Shown one piece after another: positions 1 to 7,650 of a DNA stretch of 18,117 nucleotides. The notes beneath the pieces were generated by a model. That model ran no database searches, was not told the DNA's origin, and saw only the letters and a program-made list of their open reading frames with translations. The number at the start of each line of letters is the position of its first letter. Position 1 is the first letter of the stretch. The translations under genes and the position numbers were made by a program. Source of the stretch: a bacterium (GTDB taxonomy: Bacteria > SZUA-182 > DTGQ01 > JAFGSM01); NCBI GenBank assembly GCA_049472335.1, contig JBLIRO010000089.1:1-18117 (forward strand). The letters run 5' to 3'.

Positions 1-97
1 ATAAAATCAATAAAAATATTAATTATTTTCTAACATATTTAAGAGAATAAATATGACAATATGGATTACCAATTATCTCATGTAGCGATATTGTTTA

Positions 98-195
98 GGT
101 GGAGGGATAAGGGACGGTCTTGGTGGAGGGATAAGGGACGGTCTTAGTTTATTAGGGTGGAGGGAGTAAGGGACGGTCTTAGTTTATTAGTTTAA
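98..195 (+). repeat. Stuttered tandem repeat GGTGGAGGGA(G)TAAGGGACGGTCTT[AGTTTATTAG], 3 copies of increasing length
   Basis: Exact 24-nt duplication at 98-121 and 122-145. The second copy extends with AGTTTATTAG to 155. The third copy (156-195) has a 1-nt insertion and extends to TTTAA. Confidence 0.95.
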
Positions 196-437
196 CTAGG
201 GAAGCATGAGAGGACGTACTTGACGGGCTTTTTGATCCTTTTCCATTATCACCCTTGCCATAACTGCACAGTCGGTGAGATCCCTTCCATGGGGGCAAGT
301 GTGGATGGTTCTTGATTTGCCCTTCAAAATGTGAGCCACAAATATTTTTTTGGGTAGGATTTAAAGCTTATATTTTTCCTCAAAAAGTTGGGTTTGCACG
401 CAAGAAAATGTGAGATGTTAAAGAAAGGAACGATTCC

Positions 438-530
438 TCTGTTCCCGTGTTTATCCTAGAGAAACTCGGGATTAAGCCAATATCAGAGGAAGAATTTCAT
501 CTGGCAAATGGTTTAAAGATATCCCGGAAA
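438..530 (+). pseudogene. Internal fragment of a small retropepsin-like (clan AA) aspartyl protease
   Basis: Translates as SVPVFILEKLGIKPISEEEFHLANGLKISRK. This resembles the VP..ILEKLGIKP...EF.LA(D/N)G..I.RK segment that follows the DSGA/DTGA motif in small bacterial aspartyl proteases. The catalytic motif is absent. Confidence 0.5.
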
Positions 531-555
531 AGTGCTGCAACGGGAAAGGATGAAA

Positions 556-583
556 GGGGATGTTATTTACTAACCTTACCTTT
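556..583 (+). repeat. Degenerate copy of the GGGGACGTTGTTTACAAACCTTACTTTT element
   Basis: GGGGATGTTATTTACTAACCTTACCTTT matches 1145-1172 at 24 of 28 positions. Confidence 0.75.
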
Positions 584-745
584 TGCATCATGAGGGATCA
601 AATATAAAAGAATCTGATATACGATCGGTATTTGTCATGAGTAAAAGCATGACATCTGCTTATTTGTTGTATATTATGTCCACGTTTTATGGGCATAATA
701 TGATTTAAATTGAGGTAAAATCCTTTGGATGCTATTGTACAGATA

Positions 746-800
746 GGGACGGTCTTAGTTTAGGCCGGATATCAGGGACAGTCTTAGTTTATTAGTTTAA
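746..800 (+). repeat. Two further copies of GGGAC(G/A)GTCTTAGTTTA(TTAGTTTAA)
   Basis: 746-762 is GGGACGGTCTTAGTTTA and 775-800 is GGGACAGTCTTAGTTTATTAGTTTAA. Both match 170-195. Confidence 0.92.
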
Positions 801-855
801 AAGTAATCGGTGATCCCAATTCCTTTTATACTTGCCCTTACCCATTCTGATATCC

Positions 856-997
856 TGTCACGGGGACGAAAGTGCCGGTGAAAGCCGGTAAGAAGTAGGG
901 GGTGAAAGAGCCTCACATGGAAGGAGTAGCGATCCACCATGGCTCCCGAGCCATGCGTCGGCTCTTAGTAATGGGGGGAGCGAAGCGTTGACAAGGG
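856..997 (+). mobile_element. Group II intron 5' fragment (domain I); no reverse transcriptase ORF
   Basis: Hairpin CCGG-TGAAAG-CCGG, then GTGAAAGAGCCTCACATGGAAGGAGTAGCGATCCACCATGGCTCCCGAGCCATGCGTCGG...GTAA...GCGAAGCGTTGACAAGGG. This matches the recalled bacterial group II domain I pattern (GAAAGAGCC..AC...GAAGGNGTAGCGANCCAC...GGCCCCGAGTCATGCG...GCGAAGCGTTGACAGGGG). The match stops at about 997. Confidence 0.75.
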
Positions 998-1099
998 ATT
1001 TAAAGCTTTAAATCCAATGAGTTGTATCACTTTACAAAGGTTTTCATCTGCTGCTACAAAGACCCATTCTTCTTCCGCAATCAGACTGAAAGCTCCAAG
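995..1099 (-). pseudogene. C-terminal fragment of a VapC-like PIN-domain toxin
   Basis: The minus strand reads LGAFSLIAEEEWVFVAADENLCKVIQLIGFKALNP, a typical PIN C-terminus (FV.AD..L...A...G....NP). Its 5' side is cut at the GGGGAACATAGGGGAC repeat. Confidence 0.65.
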
Positions 1100-1172
1100 G
1101 GGGGAACATAGGGGACGTTGTTTAGGGGGAACATAGGGAACATAGGGGACGTTGTTTACAAACCTTACTTTT
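1100..1172 (+). repeat. Stuttered repeat GGGGAACATAGGGGACGTTGTTTA
   Basis: 1100-1124 GGGGGAACATAGGGGACGTTGTTTA; 1125-1135 GGGGGAACATA; 1136-1172 GGGAACATAGGGGACGTTGTTTACAAACCTTACTTTT. Confidence 0.92.
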
Positions 1173-1260
1173 TATTGTACAGTTTTCCAATCCTAGTTTG
1201 TTTGTCAAGTTCTGTTTTATATGTATAAAACAGTCGCCGTTGTAGTGAGTGAGTATGGGA

Positions 1261-1332
1261 TGGATAACTACTCCTTCCATGGAGGGGCTCTTTCATCTCC
1301 TAACTTATTATTGGCTTTCACCGACACTTTCG
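1261..1332 (-). mobile_element. Second, inverted and shorter group II intron domain I fragment
   Basis: The reverse complement CGAAAGTGTCGGTGAAAGCCAATAATAAGTTAGGAGATGAAAGAGCCCCTCCATGGAAGGAGTAGTTATCCA aligns with 867-936 (CGAAAGTGCCGGTGAAAGCCGGTAAGAAGTAGGGGGTGAAAGAGCCTCACATGGAAGGAGTAGCGATCCA). Confidence 0.7.
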
Positions 1333-1631
1333 AACCGCCCCTACTTAACACATTAAAAAAGGCATTTTTGTATTAATAAAAAGGCCTGGAGAAAAAATTA
1401 TTGATAAGTAAGATTAGTAATCAATGTCCTATTCCCCCACATTCCTCCAAAAAAGAAAAAGCCAAAGTTCAAAGTTAAGTAGGACAATCCTTAGCCATTG
1501 TTACAGATTTGCCTATTATGATAGATATCTGCTGCGCTTCCTGTTCCAAGGATTCAATCACCTCATTGCTGATAAGCTGGACCTTCTTTGTGAATTAAAA
1601 CTAGAGAGTAAAATAAGGGGTAAATCGTTTA

Positions 1632-2435
1632 TCAGTGCTTCAGGATGCGGAAGGTGATCACACCTCCGTATATGAATGCCCTATATACTCCACCAGGCAC
1701 CTTTTCTCCTGAGGGTTTAACCATGATTGGCTGGTATGGGTCATTGCGCTCCCATACCAAATAGGTCTGGTCCCATGTTACAGTTAGGTTCTCACCAGGG
1801 CGAAGGGGTCGTGTCATAGCCTTGCAGGTGTTAATGGGATGGAAATAAACCTTCCCGCCGTTAGTGTCATAGATAGTATAGTCCTGATAGGGGCAAGTGA
1901 TCCAGATGTCCTCTTCACCCATATTGGTAGCCTTGATATATATAGTCTCTCCCTGACTGTAAGTTTTCTTGTCAGTCTTTATATCTATGAAGTCATCAGC
2001 ATGGCCTGCAATGCAGAAGTCGGCAGAGTCTCCAATCCAGCTCACTGTGTATGGTGCAGTGGTCACCTGCTTACCTGTGGGAAATACATTCTTATAGTTC
2101 CAGTCCCACAACAGGTGCGTTTGGTCCCAATCTGTAGAAATACTCTCGCCGGGTTCCAGGTAGAAAAAGCCATCACATATAATAGGAACCTTCATTCGGA
2201 TTTCTATTCCTGTAGCGGTCTGGTTTACGGAAAACCAATCGTCAGCGCAAGCCGGTACGATTACACTCTCACTTCCCACATTTGTTGCCGTGATGACCAC
2301 TGGCTCTCCAACCTTGTAAACCTTCTGGTCTGTGGCAACCTTGATAAATGCGCCTTCCTGGCCCTGCACAAGAGTTCCCGCCATCAAAAAAAGCAGCAGA
2401 AAAAGCAGAATTATTGGTACTATTTTTGATTTCAT
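1632..2435 (-). CDS. Secreted protein with two tandem Ig-like (BsuPI-like) domains
   Basis: Signal peptide MKSKIVPIILLFLLLFLMAGTLVQG. GTGAGGA RBS lies 6 nt upstream of ATG 2435. Two repeats of TD(Q/K)K.Y..GE...I.ATN.G ... C ... L.PGE.....WDQT ... P.G..V....Y. Confidence 0.8.
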   Translation of the reverse strand: MKSKIVPIILLFLLLFLMAGTLVQGQEGAFIKVATDQKVYKVGEPVVITATNVGSESVIVPACADDWFSVNQTATGIEIRMKVPIICDGFFYLEPGESISTDWDQTHLLWDWNYKNVFPTGKQVTTAPYTVSWIGDSADFCIAGHADDFIDIKTDKKTYSQGETIYIKATNMGEEDIWITCPYQDYTIYDTNGGKVYFHPINTCKAMTRPLRPGENLTVTWDQTYLVWERNDPYQPIMVKPSGEKVPGGVYRAFIYGGVITFRILKH

Positions 2436-2522
2436 AAACATTCCTCACTTTCTTGCTTTATGAAAATTAGCAATTCTAATTTTGGTAAATTATAATTGCT
2501 GTATAAAAATGTCTTTTTTTAT

Positions 2523-2984
2523 CTACCTAGCTGGCGGTCTCTTGATCACAATCTTGGCCTCTCCATTGTACAACCGGATCACGTAAGCGCCATTTGGCAC
2601 CTGTTCGCCAGTGGGTGGGACAATGCGTAGTCTATCCTCTACGATGAAGTATGTCTGATCCCACATGGTGTGAATGCTCTCGCCAGGATAGACCGGGAAG
2701 CTCATTGCCAGGCAGACCCGCGGATCCTGCATCTTCACGTAAGGCCCATTACCTGGACGCTTCACCTCAAGGAATACCCAGTGGCAGAATCTCACATAAC
2801 CAGGTCCAGTTCCCACGTTTGTTGCGGTTATGTAAACTGTCTCGCCTGCATAGTACTGAAATTTGTCCGTAGTCACTTCCCAGACCGCTTCCCCTGTGGT
2901 AGTTAATTCACCCTGTATTAAATCCACTGCCGTAAAAGATAGTATTAGAAAGGATAGGATTATCAAGATCATCTTCGCTTTCAT
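2523..2984 (-). CDS. Secreted single-domain paralogue of the Ig-like (BsuPI-like) protein
   Basis: GGGGAGGA RBS favours ATG 2984 (MKAKMILIILSFLILSF, a signal peptide). Motifs TTDKFQYYAGETVYITATNVG, YPGESIHTMWDQT and PTGEQVPNGAY. Confidence 0.8.
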   Translation of the reverse strand: MKAKMILIILSFLILSFTAVDLIQGELTTTGEAVWEVTTDKFQYYAGETVYITATNVGTGPGYVRFCHWVFLEVKRPGNGPYVKMQDPRVCLAMSFPVYPGESIHTMWDQTYFIVEDRLRIVPPTGEQVPNGAYVIRLYNGEAKIVIKRPPAR

Positions 2985-3026
2985 GTTCATTCCTCCCCGT
3001 TTACAGAATGGCTCTACTCCTCTAGT

Positions 3027-3111
3027 TTTAAAATGATAATAGAATTTAAAATGATAATAGAATTTGCTTCTTCTATAATAAAGTGTACACAAGATTCAGA
3101 CTTATTGTCAA
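3027..3111 (-). promoter_or_regulatory. Sigma70-type promoter followed by an AGCAAATTCT motif and an 18-bp tandem duplication
   Basis: Minus-strand TTGACA (3111-3106), 18-nt spacer, TACACT (3087-3082), then GAAGCAAATTCT. TTTAAAATGATAATAGAA occurs twice at 3027-3062 (+ strand). Confidence 0.55.
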
Positions 3112-3628
3112 TAAAAAAAATCCGCACCAATTCTAGGTGAAAAAAAATTTAAACACCGATTTTCGCATTAATTTAACCGTCATATCAATAACGGGGATCC
3201 ACCTCATATATCTTCTTAATGAGGGCGGCCCAAGTTTTACTGCAAGATTTTTTTGGAGCAATGGAATCTGCAATAACGATTTCTATAGTTTATGATTACT
3301 CTTTTTTTGACTCCTTTGCTTCTTAGAACTTCTCATTGAGAAACCCTCTTTTTGAGGAAATACAGGAGTGGTCTGCCTGAAATCCGGAGTTTTTCTCTTT
3401 TTTTGATCCCTTGGGTAGTTTTTTACATATTTTATGACCCTCTATGAAATTATTGGACTTAACAACTTCATTATCTTACAAGATTATTCAAATACCTCTT
3501 TTGATTTTATGCTATGGTTTGATTTTTACTCTCTCATGAGTAATCCAATTTCCTACCAACATCAACATCAACAGTAAAAAATGTGACTTGGCTGAACTTG
3601 ATCTCGGATTTTGGGTTCTAAATTGAAC

Positions 3629-3669
3629 TTGACATATTTATGTTTTTACGTATATAATATACGTAAAAA
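3629..3669 (+). promoter_or_regulatory. TA promoter with an overlapping 13-bp perfect inverted-repeat operator
   Basis: TTGACA 3629-3634, 18-nt spacer, TATAAT 3653-3658. The palindrome TTTTTACGTATAT-A-ATATACGTAAAAA (3643-3669) covers the -10 element. Confidence 0.85.
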
Positions 3670-3697
3670 TAATTAAAAAAGGAAATAGGTGGCTCAC

Positions 3698-3928
3698 ATG
3701 AAAACTGCAACAGTAGGTGATATCCAAAAAAATTTTTCCAAAGTTTTGAGAATAATAAATGCCGGTGAAGAGATCATCATTACTAAAAGAGGTAAACCAA
3801 TAGCCAAGATATCATCTCTTGGTCCAAATAATGAAATTACATGGCCCGATTTTTTTAATGAAACGATTGAAGTGAGGAAAAAGCCTTTAAGTGATTTAGT
3901 CATTGAAAATAGAGAGGACAGATTCTAG
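3698..3928 (+). CDS. Phd/YefM-family antitoxin
   Basis: MKTATVGDIQKNFSKVLRIINAGEEIIITKRGKPIAKI is a classic Phd/YefM N-terminus. AGGTGG RBS precedes ATG 3698 (GTG 3689 is an alternative start). The gene abuts the toxin gene. Confidence 0.92.
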   Translation: MKTATVGDIQKNFSKVLRIINAGEEIIITKRGKPIAKISSLGPNNEITWPDFFNETIEVRKKPLSDLVIENREDRF

Positions 3929-4369
3929 ATGTTTTATTTAGATACTACTGTCATTGTTAAACTCTATATTAAAGAAGCTTATTCCCGTGAGGTTTCAAAC
4001 TGGCTCAGAGAGAACAATGAGTCCATTCCATTAACAAAGTTGCATGAATTAGAATTCATAAATGCTCTTCAACTAAAGCAATTCAGGGATGAGGTTACAG
4101 CAGATGAGATTCGATTAATCTTATCACGGTTTGAAGATCATGAAAAAAAAGGGATCTATTATCGGCCAATAATAGATTGGACTAATATATTCTTAAATGC
4201 CATAGACCTATCTAAAAATCATACAGGGAATATAGGCTCAAGATCATTGGATATCTTACATGTTGCCTCAGCTTTATCACTGCAAGGTGATCAGTTTTTG
4301 ACCTTTGATGGAAGACAGTCCAAATTAGCTTCCAATGCAGGGCTTAAAGTTAATCATTGGTCTCTCTGA
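3929..4369 (+). CDS. vapC: VapC-family PIN-domain ribonuclease toxin
   Basis: YLDTT, ELEF, RSLDILHVASA and FLTFD provide the PIN acidic residues. The gene starts immediately after the antitoxin stop. Confidence 0.92.
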   Translation: MFYLDTTVIVKLYIKEAYSREVSNWLRENNESIPLTKLHELEFINALQLKQFRDEVTADEIRLILSRFEDHEKKGIYYRPIIDWTNIFLNAIDLSKNHTGNIGSRSLDILHVASALSLQGDQFLTFDGRQSKLASNAGLKVNHWSL

Positions 4370-4785
4370 TTGTACTACTAATTTAAAATCTTATTCATCG
4401 GGATCATAGTTAAAAATATCTATTCTTATGAATATTTAATTCATGAATAAAAGCTAGGAGAGGGTAGTCTGCTAAATCGGCAGCTTGCTTGAGGGCGAGC
4501 TTGGGTTTTTAAACATTTCCATAGCTTTGTTGTATAATTTCATTTGAGTTAACAATTCTTTCATATTCTCATTTAATACCATAAGAACCGGATCAGGAAT
4601 TTAAATTTTGGTGCAGGCAATGTAGATTTTTTCATATTAAACTTGATGAGGGGGGGCGATATTCCGGATTGCTTTCTTATTAAGGAAGCAGGGGTTAGGG
4701 TGTATATTTTTACACCAATGGAAATTATATGGAAATTGATGTTTCACATGAGACAATAAATGATAAGGACAAATTGAAGATTTTA

Positions 4786-4900
4786 TCAAGCAACTTCTTG
4801 CCACTCATACCGATGATGCAGACCACCAACACGAGCCAATGAAATCAATTTTCCATAATTTTTTGACTCCAGAGTTTTATCGAACGCTCTCCATCTTATG
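4786..4900 (-). pseudogene. 3' remnant of an integrase-core-domain IS transposase
   Basis: GKLISLARVGGLHHRYEWQEVA* is the characteristic C-terminus (G.V...P.VGGLHH.Y.R.AA) of rve/integrase-core transposases. The rest of the gene is missing. Confidence 0.7.
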
Positions 4901-4924
4901 CTAAGTTCTTTTTGAATATTTGTC

Positions 4925-5021
4925 TTGACAAAAGTTAAAATTTCTGCATATACTTCTATACAGGAAAGCAAATTCTTGTTATTTTTTCTGCATATACTTC
5001 TATCCAGGAAAGCAAATTCTT
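4925..5021 (+). promoter_or_regulatory. Sigma70 promoter within a duplicated 37-bp motif TTTCTGCATATACTTCTAT(A/C)CAGGAAAGCAAATTCTT
   Basis: TTGACA 4925-4930, 18-nt spacer, TATACT 4949-4954. The 37-bp copies at 4941-4977 and 4985-5021 are identical at 36 of 37 positions. Confidence 0.75.
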
Positions 5022-5055
5022 CTGATTTATTTATGATTTAAATTCTTATGATTTT

Positions 5056-7065
5056 ATGAAAAAGCAAATTCTATCAATTGACATGTCATCCAAAGCCCAA
5101 CAGTGCAGTGAGGGTTGCCGCGGACATGCGGTTGGAAACCTTGGATACCGAAATCCTGCTTTTAACCGCATTATGAACCTTCAAAAAACCGTTGGCAACC
5201 GAGCAGTCTGGCCATACTTAAATCCCCGACTCTCAGGGCAAAATTCAGAATAGATCGAACGGGGTACAAATACGAACAAACGGCTGACCGGCTCGCCAGC
5301 CAAGTGATGCCCATGTCGGAATCATCCCGTCAACAGCGGAAGCAGGATGAGGAAGGCGAGCAGGTACAAATCGCGCGGCGACGACTCCGGTTGAAAAAGC
5401 CCCTTCAAGCAACCATTGCACAACCACAACCCAAAAAGCATACACTTCAATCTAAAAAGAACTCAGGCAAAACCTCTAATATCACTCGGCAGATTGAATC
5501 GACTATGGATTCGCCGAATCCGATGATTTTATCGCATGCAGGGAGGAACACTCTTATAAGAAAGGAAATACATCGAATACAAGTACCGATGATGATGCGA
5601 TACCCCCTTTTTCATCCTTTACCTAGCAATCCATCGATATATACGAACTTACCTAAAGATAAATTTATTGAGAATATAAATATTATACAAACTCACGCTA
5701 AGTCTTTTAGTAGTTATAGCAAAAGTGCAAAGAAGTTTGAAAAAAAATTAAAAATAAAATTTGGCCAAAAAAAAGCTGGAGAAATAAGTAGTAGATGTGT
5801 TAAATTGGTTACAGAATATGAGAAGAATCCGAAGAAGATGCATTTGACTAAATTCATGAAAACGCTTAGAGGAGAATTGGAAAAACTAAATATGTTGTGG
5901 ATTAGTAATAGGAGTCAGTATCAACCGCGCTATCGAAACTCTTATCTAAAATCTAAAACTATATCCCGAATAATAGACTTTGCTATCAATGGTATTATTA
6001 CCAATAGACTTATTAAAACACATCATGAACGTTTAAAAGAACAAGTACACGGTTGGCAGATAAAAAAACTGGGAAGAAATTATAATCCTAGTGCCGAAAG
6101 AGGCGACGTAGGGACAAGAGAAACAGGGAATAGTGCGAACACACTAAAAGATAAACTATTGCAGCTAATTTATGGTAAAGTAAATAAAAAGTATAATTTT
6201 GCGAAGGAAACTATTTACAAAAAAACACAGTATTGTCTATAAGGATTCAAACAACACAAGATTGATAAAGATAGAGGGAAGCCCCTCGTGGAGAACCAAT
6301 AATCCGGGCAACATGGTACCTAATAGGAGAATAAATAATACTAAATACTGGGGCGAAATCGGATCTATGCTGCGAAAGCCAAATAATGCCATTTTTTCAA
6401 ATATCCAGGAGGGATTCGCCTGCATTGTGAATCGATTAGGAAAGAGGGCGCAAAAGCATAGAAGATGGGCTTTTGATAGAATATATTACGAATATACAAA
6501 TGTTCGAAAAGAAATAAAAAAACGTTGTAATCCTCTGATTAAAAAAATTGTTCCATTAAAGCGATGGTTAAGTAGGCAAATGAGGCAGCTAAGTAAAATA
6601 AGGAACATAAAGAACATATCGACAACAATGACCAAGTTAGACTCCCTCAAGGTCAAACTTATAGCACAAAGAAATAAACCTTTAATGAAAATGATTAGTA
6701 TGGAACGTGATATAAGACGGGATTATTATAATCTCCTTGGAATTTACAAACCATTAGAAGCAACATCAGGAAGCAAAGCTGTCATAAGACAAGTCAACTT
6801 AAAAAATGCTGCTATCCGGAAAAAAATACAAACGGTATTTGGAGCAAGAATAGTCTATGTTGGTAATGCCATGAGTAATGTGAAATTAATCGCACGCATG
6901 GCGGGTGTTCCTAAAGGCATTATAATGTCCAAACTTTTAATTCGTGAACAACCCAGATTTGTGACAATGGAGGAAACAATAATGCGTCGCGAAAAATGGA
7001 TAGAAGGAAAAGTCAAAATAATTGGCAAATTGGGACGCATGTATTATTCCGCGGAACAAAAATAA
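5056..7065 (+). pseudogene. Doubly frameshifted putative eCIS-type effector: DUF4157-family N-terminal leader, Lys-rich middle and NNPGN lysozyme-like C-terminus
   Basis: Joins ORFs 5056-5253, 5304-6242 and 6199-7065. LQKTVGNRAV (5179-5208) continues after a -1 shift near 5212 as ILKSPTLRAKFRIDRTGYKYEQTADRLASQVMPM, the leader typical of DUF4157/eCIS-core proteins. A +1 shift in the A7 run (6219-6225) gives FAKETIYKKHSIVYKD...EGSPSWRTNNPGN. Confidence 0.65.
6199..7065 (+). CDS. NNPGN-motif lysozyme-like domain with a basic helical insertion (probably the 3' part of the gene above)
   Basis: SWRTNNPGN (6286-6312), GEIG, AIFSNIQEG and the terminal IMRREKWIEGKV resemble the WRNNNPGNI...AIF....G...I...EGW..G family of phage/secretion-associated muramidase-like proteins. 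The start is TTG with no obvious RBS. Confidence 0.55.
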   Translation: MRRKLFTKKHSIVYKDSNNTRLIKIEGSPSWRTNNPGNMVPNRRINNTKYWGEIGSMLRKPNNAIFSNIQEGFACIVNRLGKRAQKHRRWAFDRIYYEYTNVRKEIKKRCNPLIKKIVPLKRWLSRQMRQLSKIRNIKNISTTMTKLDSLKVKLIAQRNKPLMKMISMERDIRRDYYNLLGIYKPLEATSGSKAVIRQVNLKNAAIRKKIQTVFGARIVYVGNAMSNVKLIARMAGVPKGIIMSKLLIREQPRFVTMEETIMRREKWIEGKVKIIGKLGRMYYSAEQK

Positions 7066-7402
7066 TCAGAACGTTATGTACTTAGTGATCAAACTCAGAT
7101 ACTTGAATGCTGTGTGGATTACATAAAAAATCTTGACAAAAATATCTTGATGTGATTAAGTCATTGTTGGCACACTCTGGAAGATATAAATCCAGGGCTG
7201 CTATACTGAAATGCTCGGTGGGCAGTTCGACATCTGAGATAACTCCACCCGAAAAGGAACGTTTTTAGGATAAAATGAATTGTGGCAATTGGGGACGGAT
7301 TCATGCCTAAATTTCCCATATTTTGAATCCCTATCAACCTTTTCAGATTATTTTTTCCTTTAATGTTATTCTCACTCTCTTTTAAATTATACTCCTTTTC
7401 AT

Positions 7403-7469
7403 TTTCTGCTAAATTCTTTTTTATCCAGGAAAGCACTAAATTCTTTTTTATCCAGGAAAGCAAATTCTT
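7403..7469 (+). repeat. Tandem 27-bp variant of the CCAGGAAAGCAAATTCTT motif
   Basis: CTAAATTCTTTTTTATCCAGGAAAGCA occurs exactly at 7409-7435 and 7436-7462, preceded by TTTCTG and followed by AATTCTT. Confidence 0.9.
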
Positions 7470-7500
7470 AGTTATAATAATATAAAAAGCCTTACATGTT

Positions 7501-7532
7501 TTAACTAATAAACTAACTCCGTCCCCTATGTT
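7501..7532 (-). repeat. Inverted hybrid copy of the GGGAC repeat family
   Basis: The reverse complement is AACATAGGGGACGGAGTTAGTTTATTAGTTAA. Its 5' part matches 1139-1151 and its 3' part matches 170-195. Confidence 0.85.
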
Positions 7533-7650
7533 AGGAAATTTCGGGACCATATACGTCTATTAAGGATAGGGAACAAGTTTTAAGATGGATAAATTACGAT
7601 GTTTAATACCCCATATCTACTTGATTTAATTAATGGGGGGGAGGAAGGAA

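Noticed and set aside
98..195. Repeats read as a CRISPR array
   Set aside because: The copies abut or are separated only by repeat-derived sequence. There are no unique spacers and no similarity to the I-C repeat.
1839..2429. 196-aa plus-strand ORF, plus 1424-1657, 2651-2872 and 2670-2906
   Set aside because: Three are antisense shadows of the well-supported secreted-protein genes and 1424-1657 is a short motif-less ORF. None has recognisable protein features.
3030..3065. Fur box (AATGATAAT)
   Set aside because: Only a half-site matches and there is no inverted ATTATCATT partner. A tandem duplication in AT-rich DNA explains it.
4500..4680. Coding-like minus-strand text (IPDPVLMVLNENMKELLTQMKLYNKAMEMF)
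   Set aside because: It is interrupted by a stop codon and I cannot assign a family.
4961..4985. Sigma54 promoter on the minus strand (AGAATTTGCT as the -12 element)
   Set aside because: There is no GG at the -24 position in the copies checked (4941-4977 and 7436-7469).
4941..5021. 37-bp direct repeats read as a mini CRISPR array
   Set aside because: The gap is only 7 nt, there is no palindromic stem or GAAAC-type end, and the unit contains a -10 box.
7130..7240. Possible degenerate 5' end of a RAYT/Y1 transposase (NPGLLY*NAR after TTGACA)
   Set aside because: The resemblance to MARPLRIEYPGA.YHV..RG is too weak to call without a tBLASTn search.
7161..7550. 129-aa minus-strand ORF
   Set aside because: It runs through non-coding repeats. 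The duplicated LSWIKKNL is simply the 27-bp DNA duplication.
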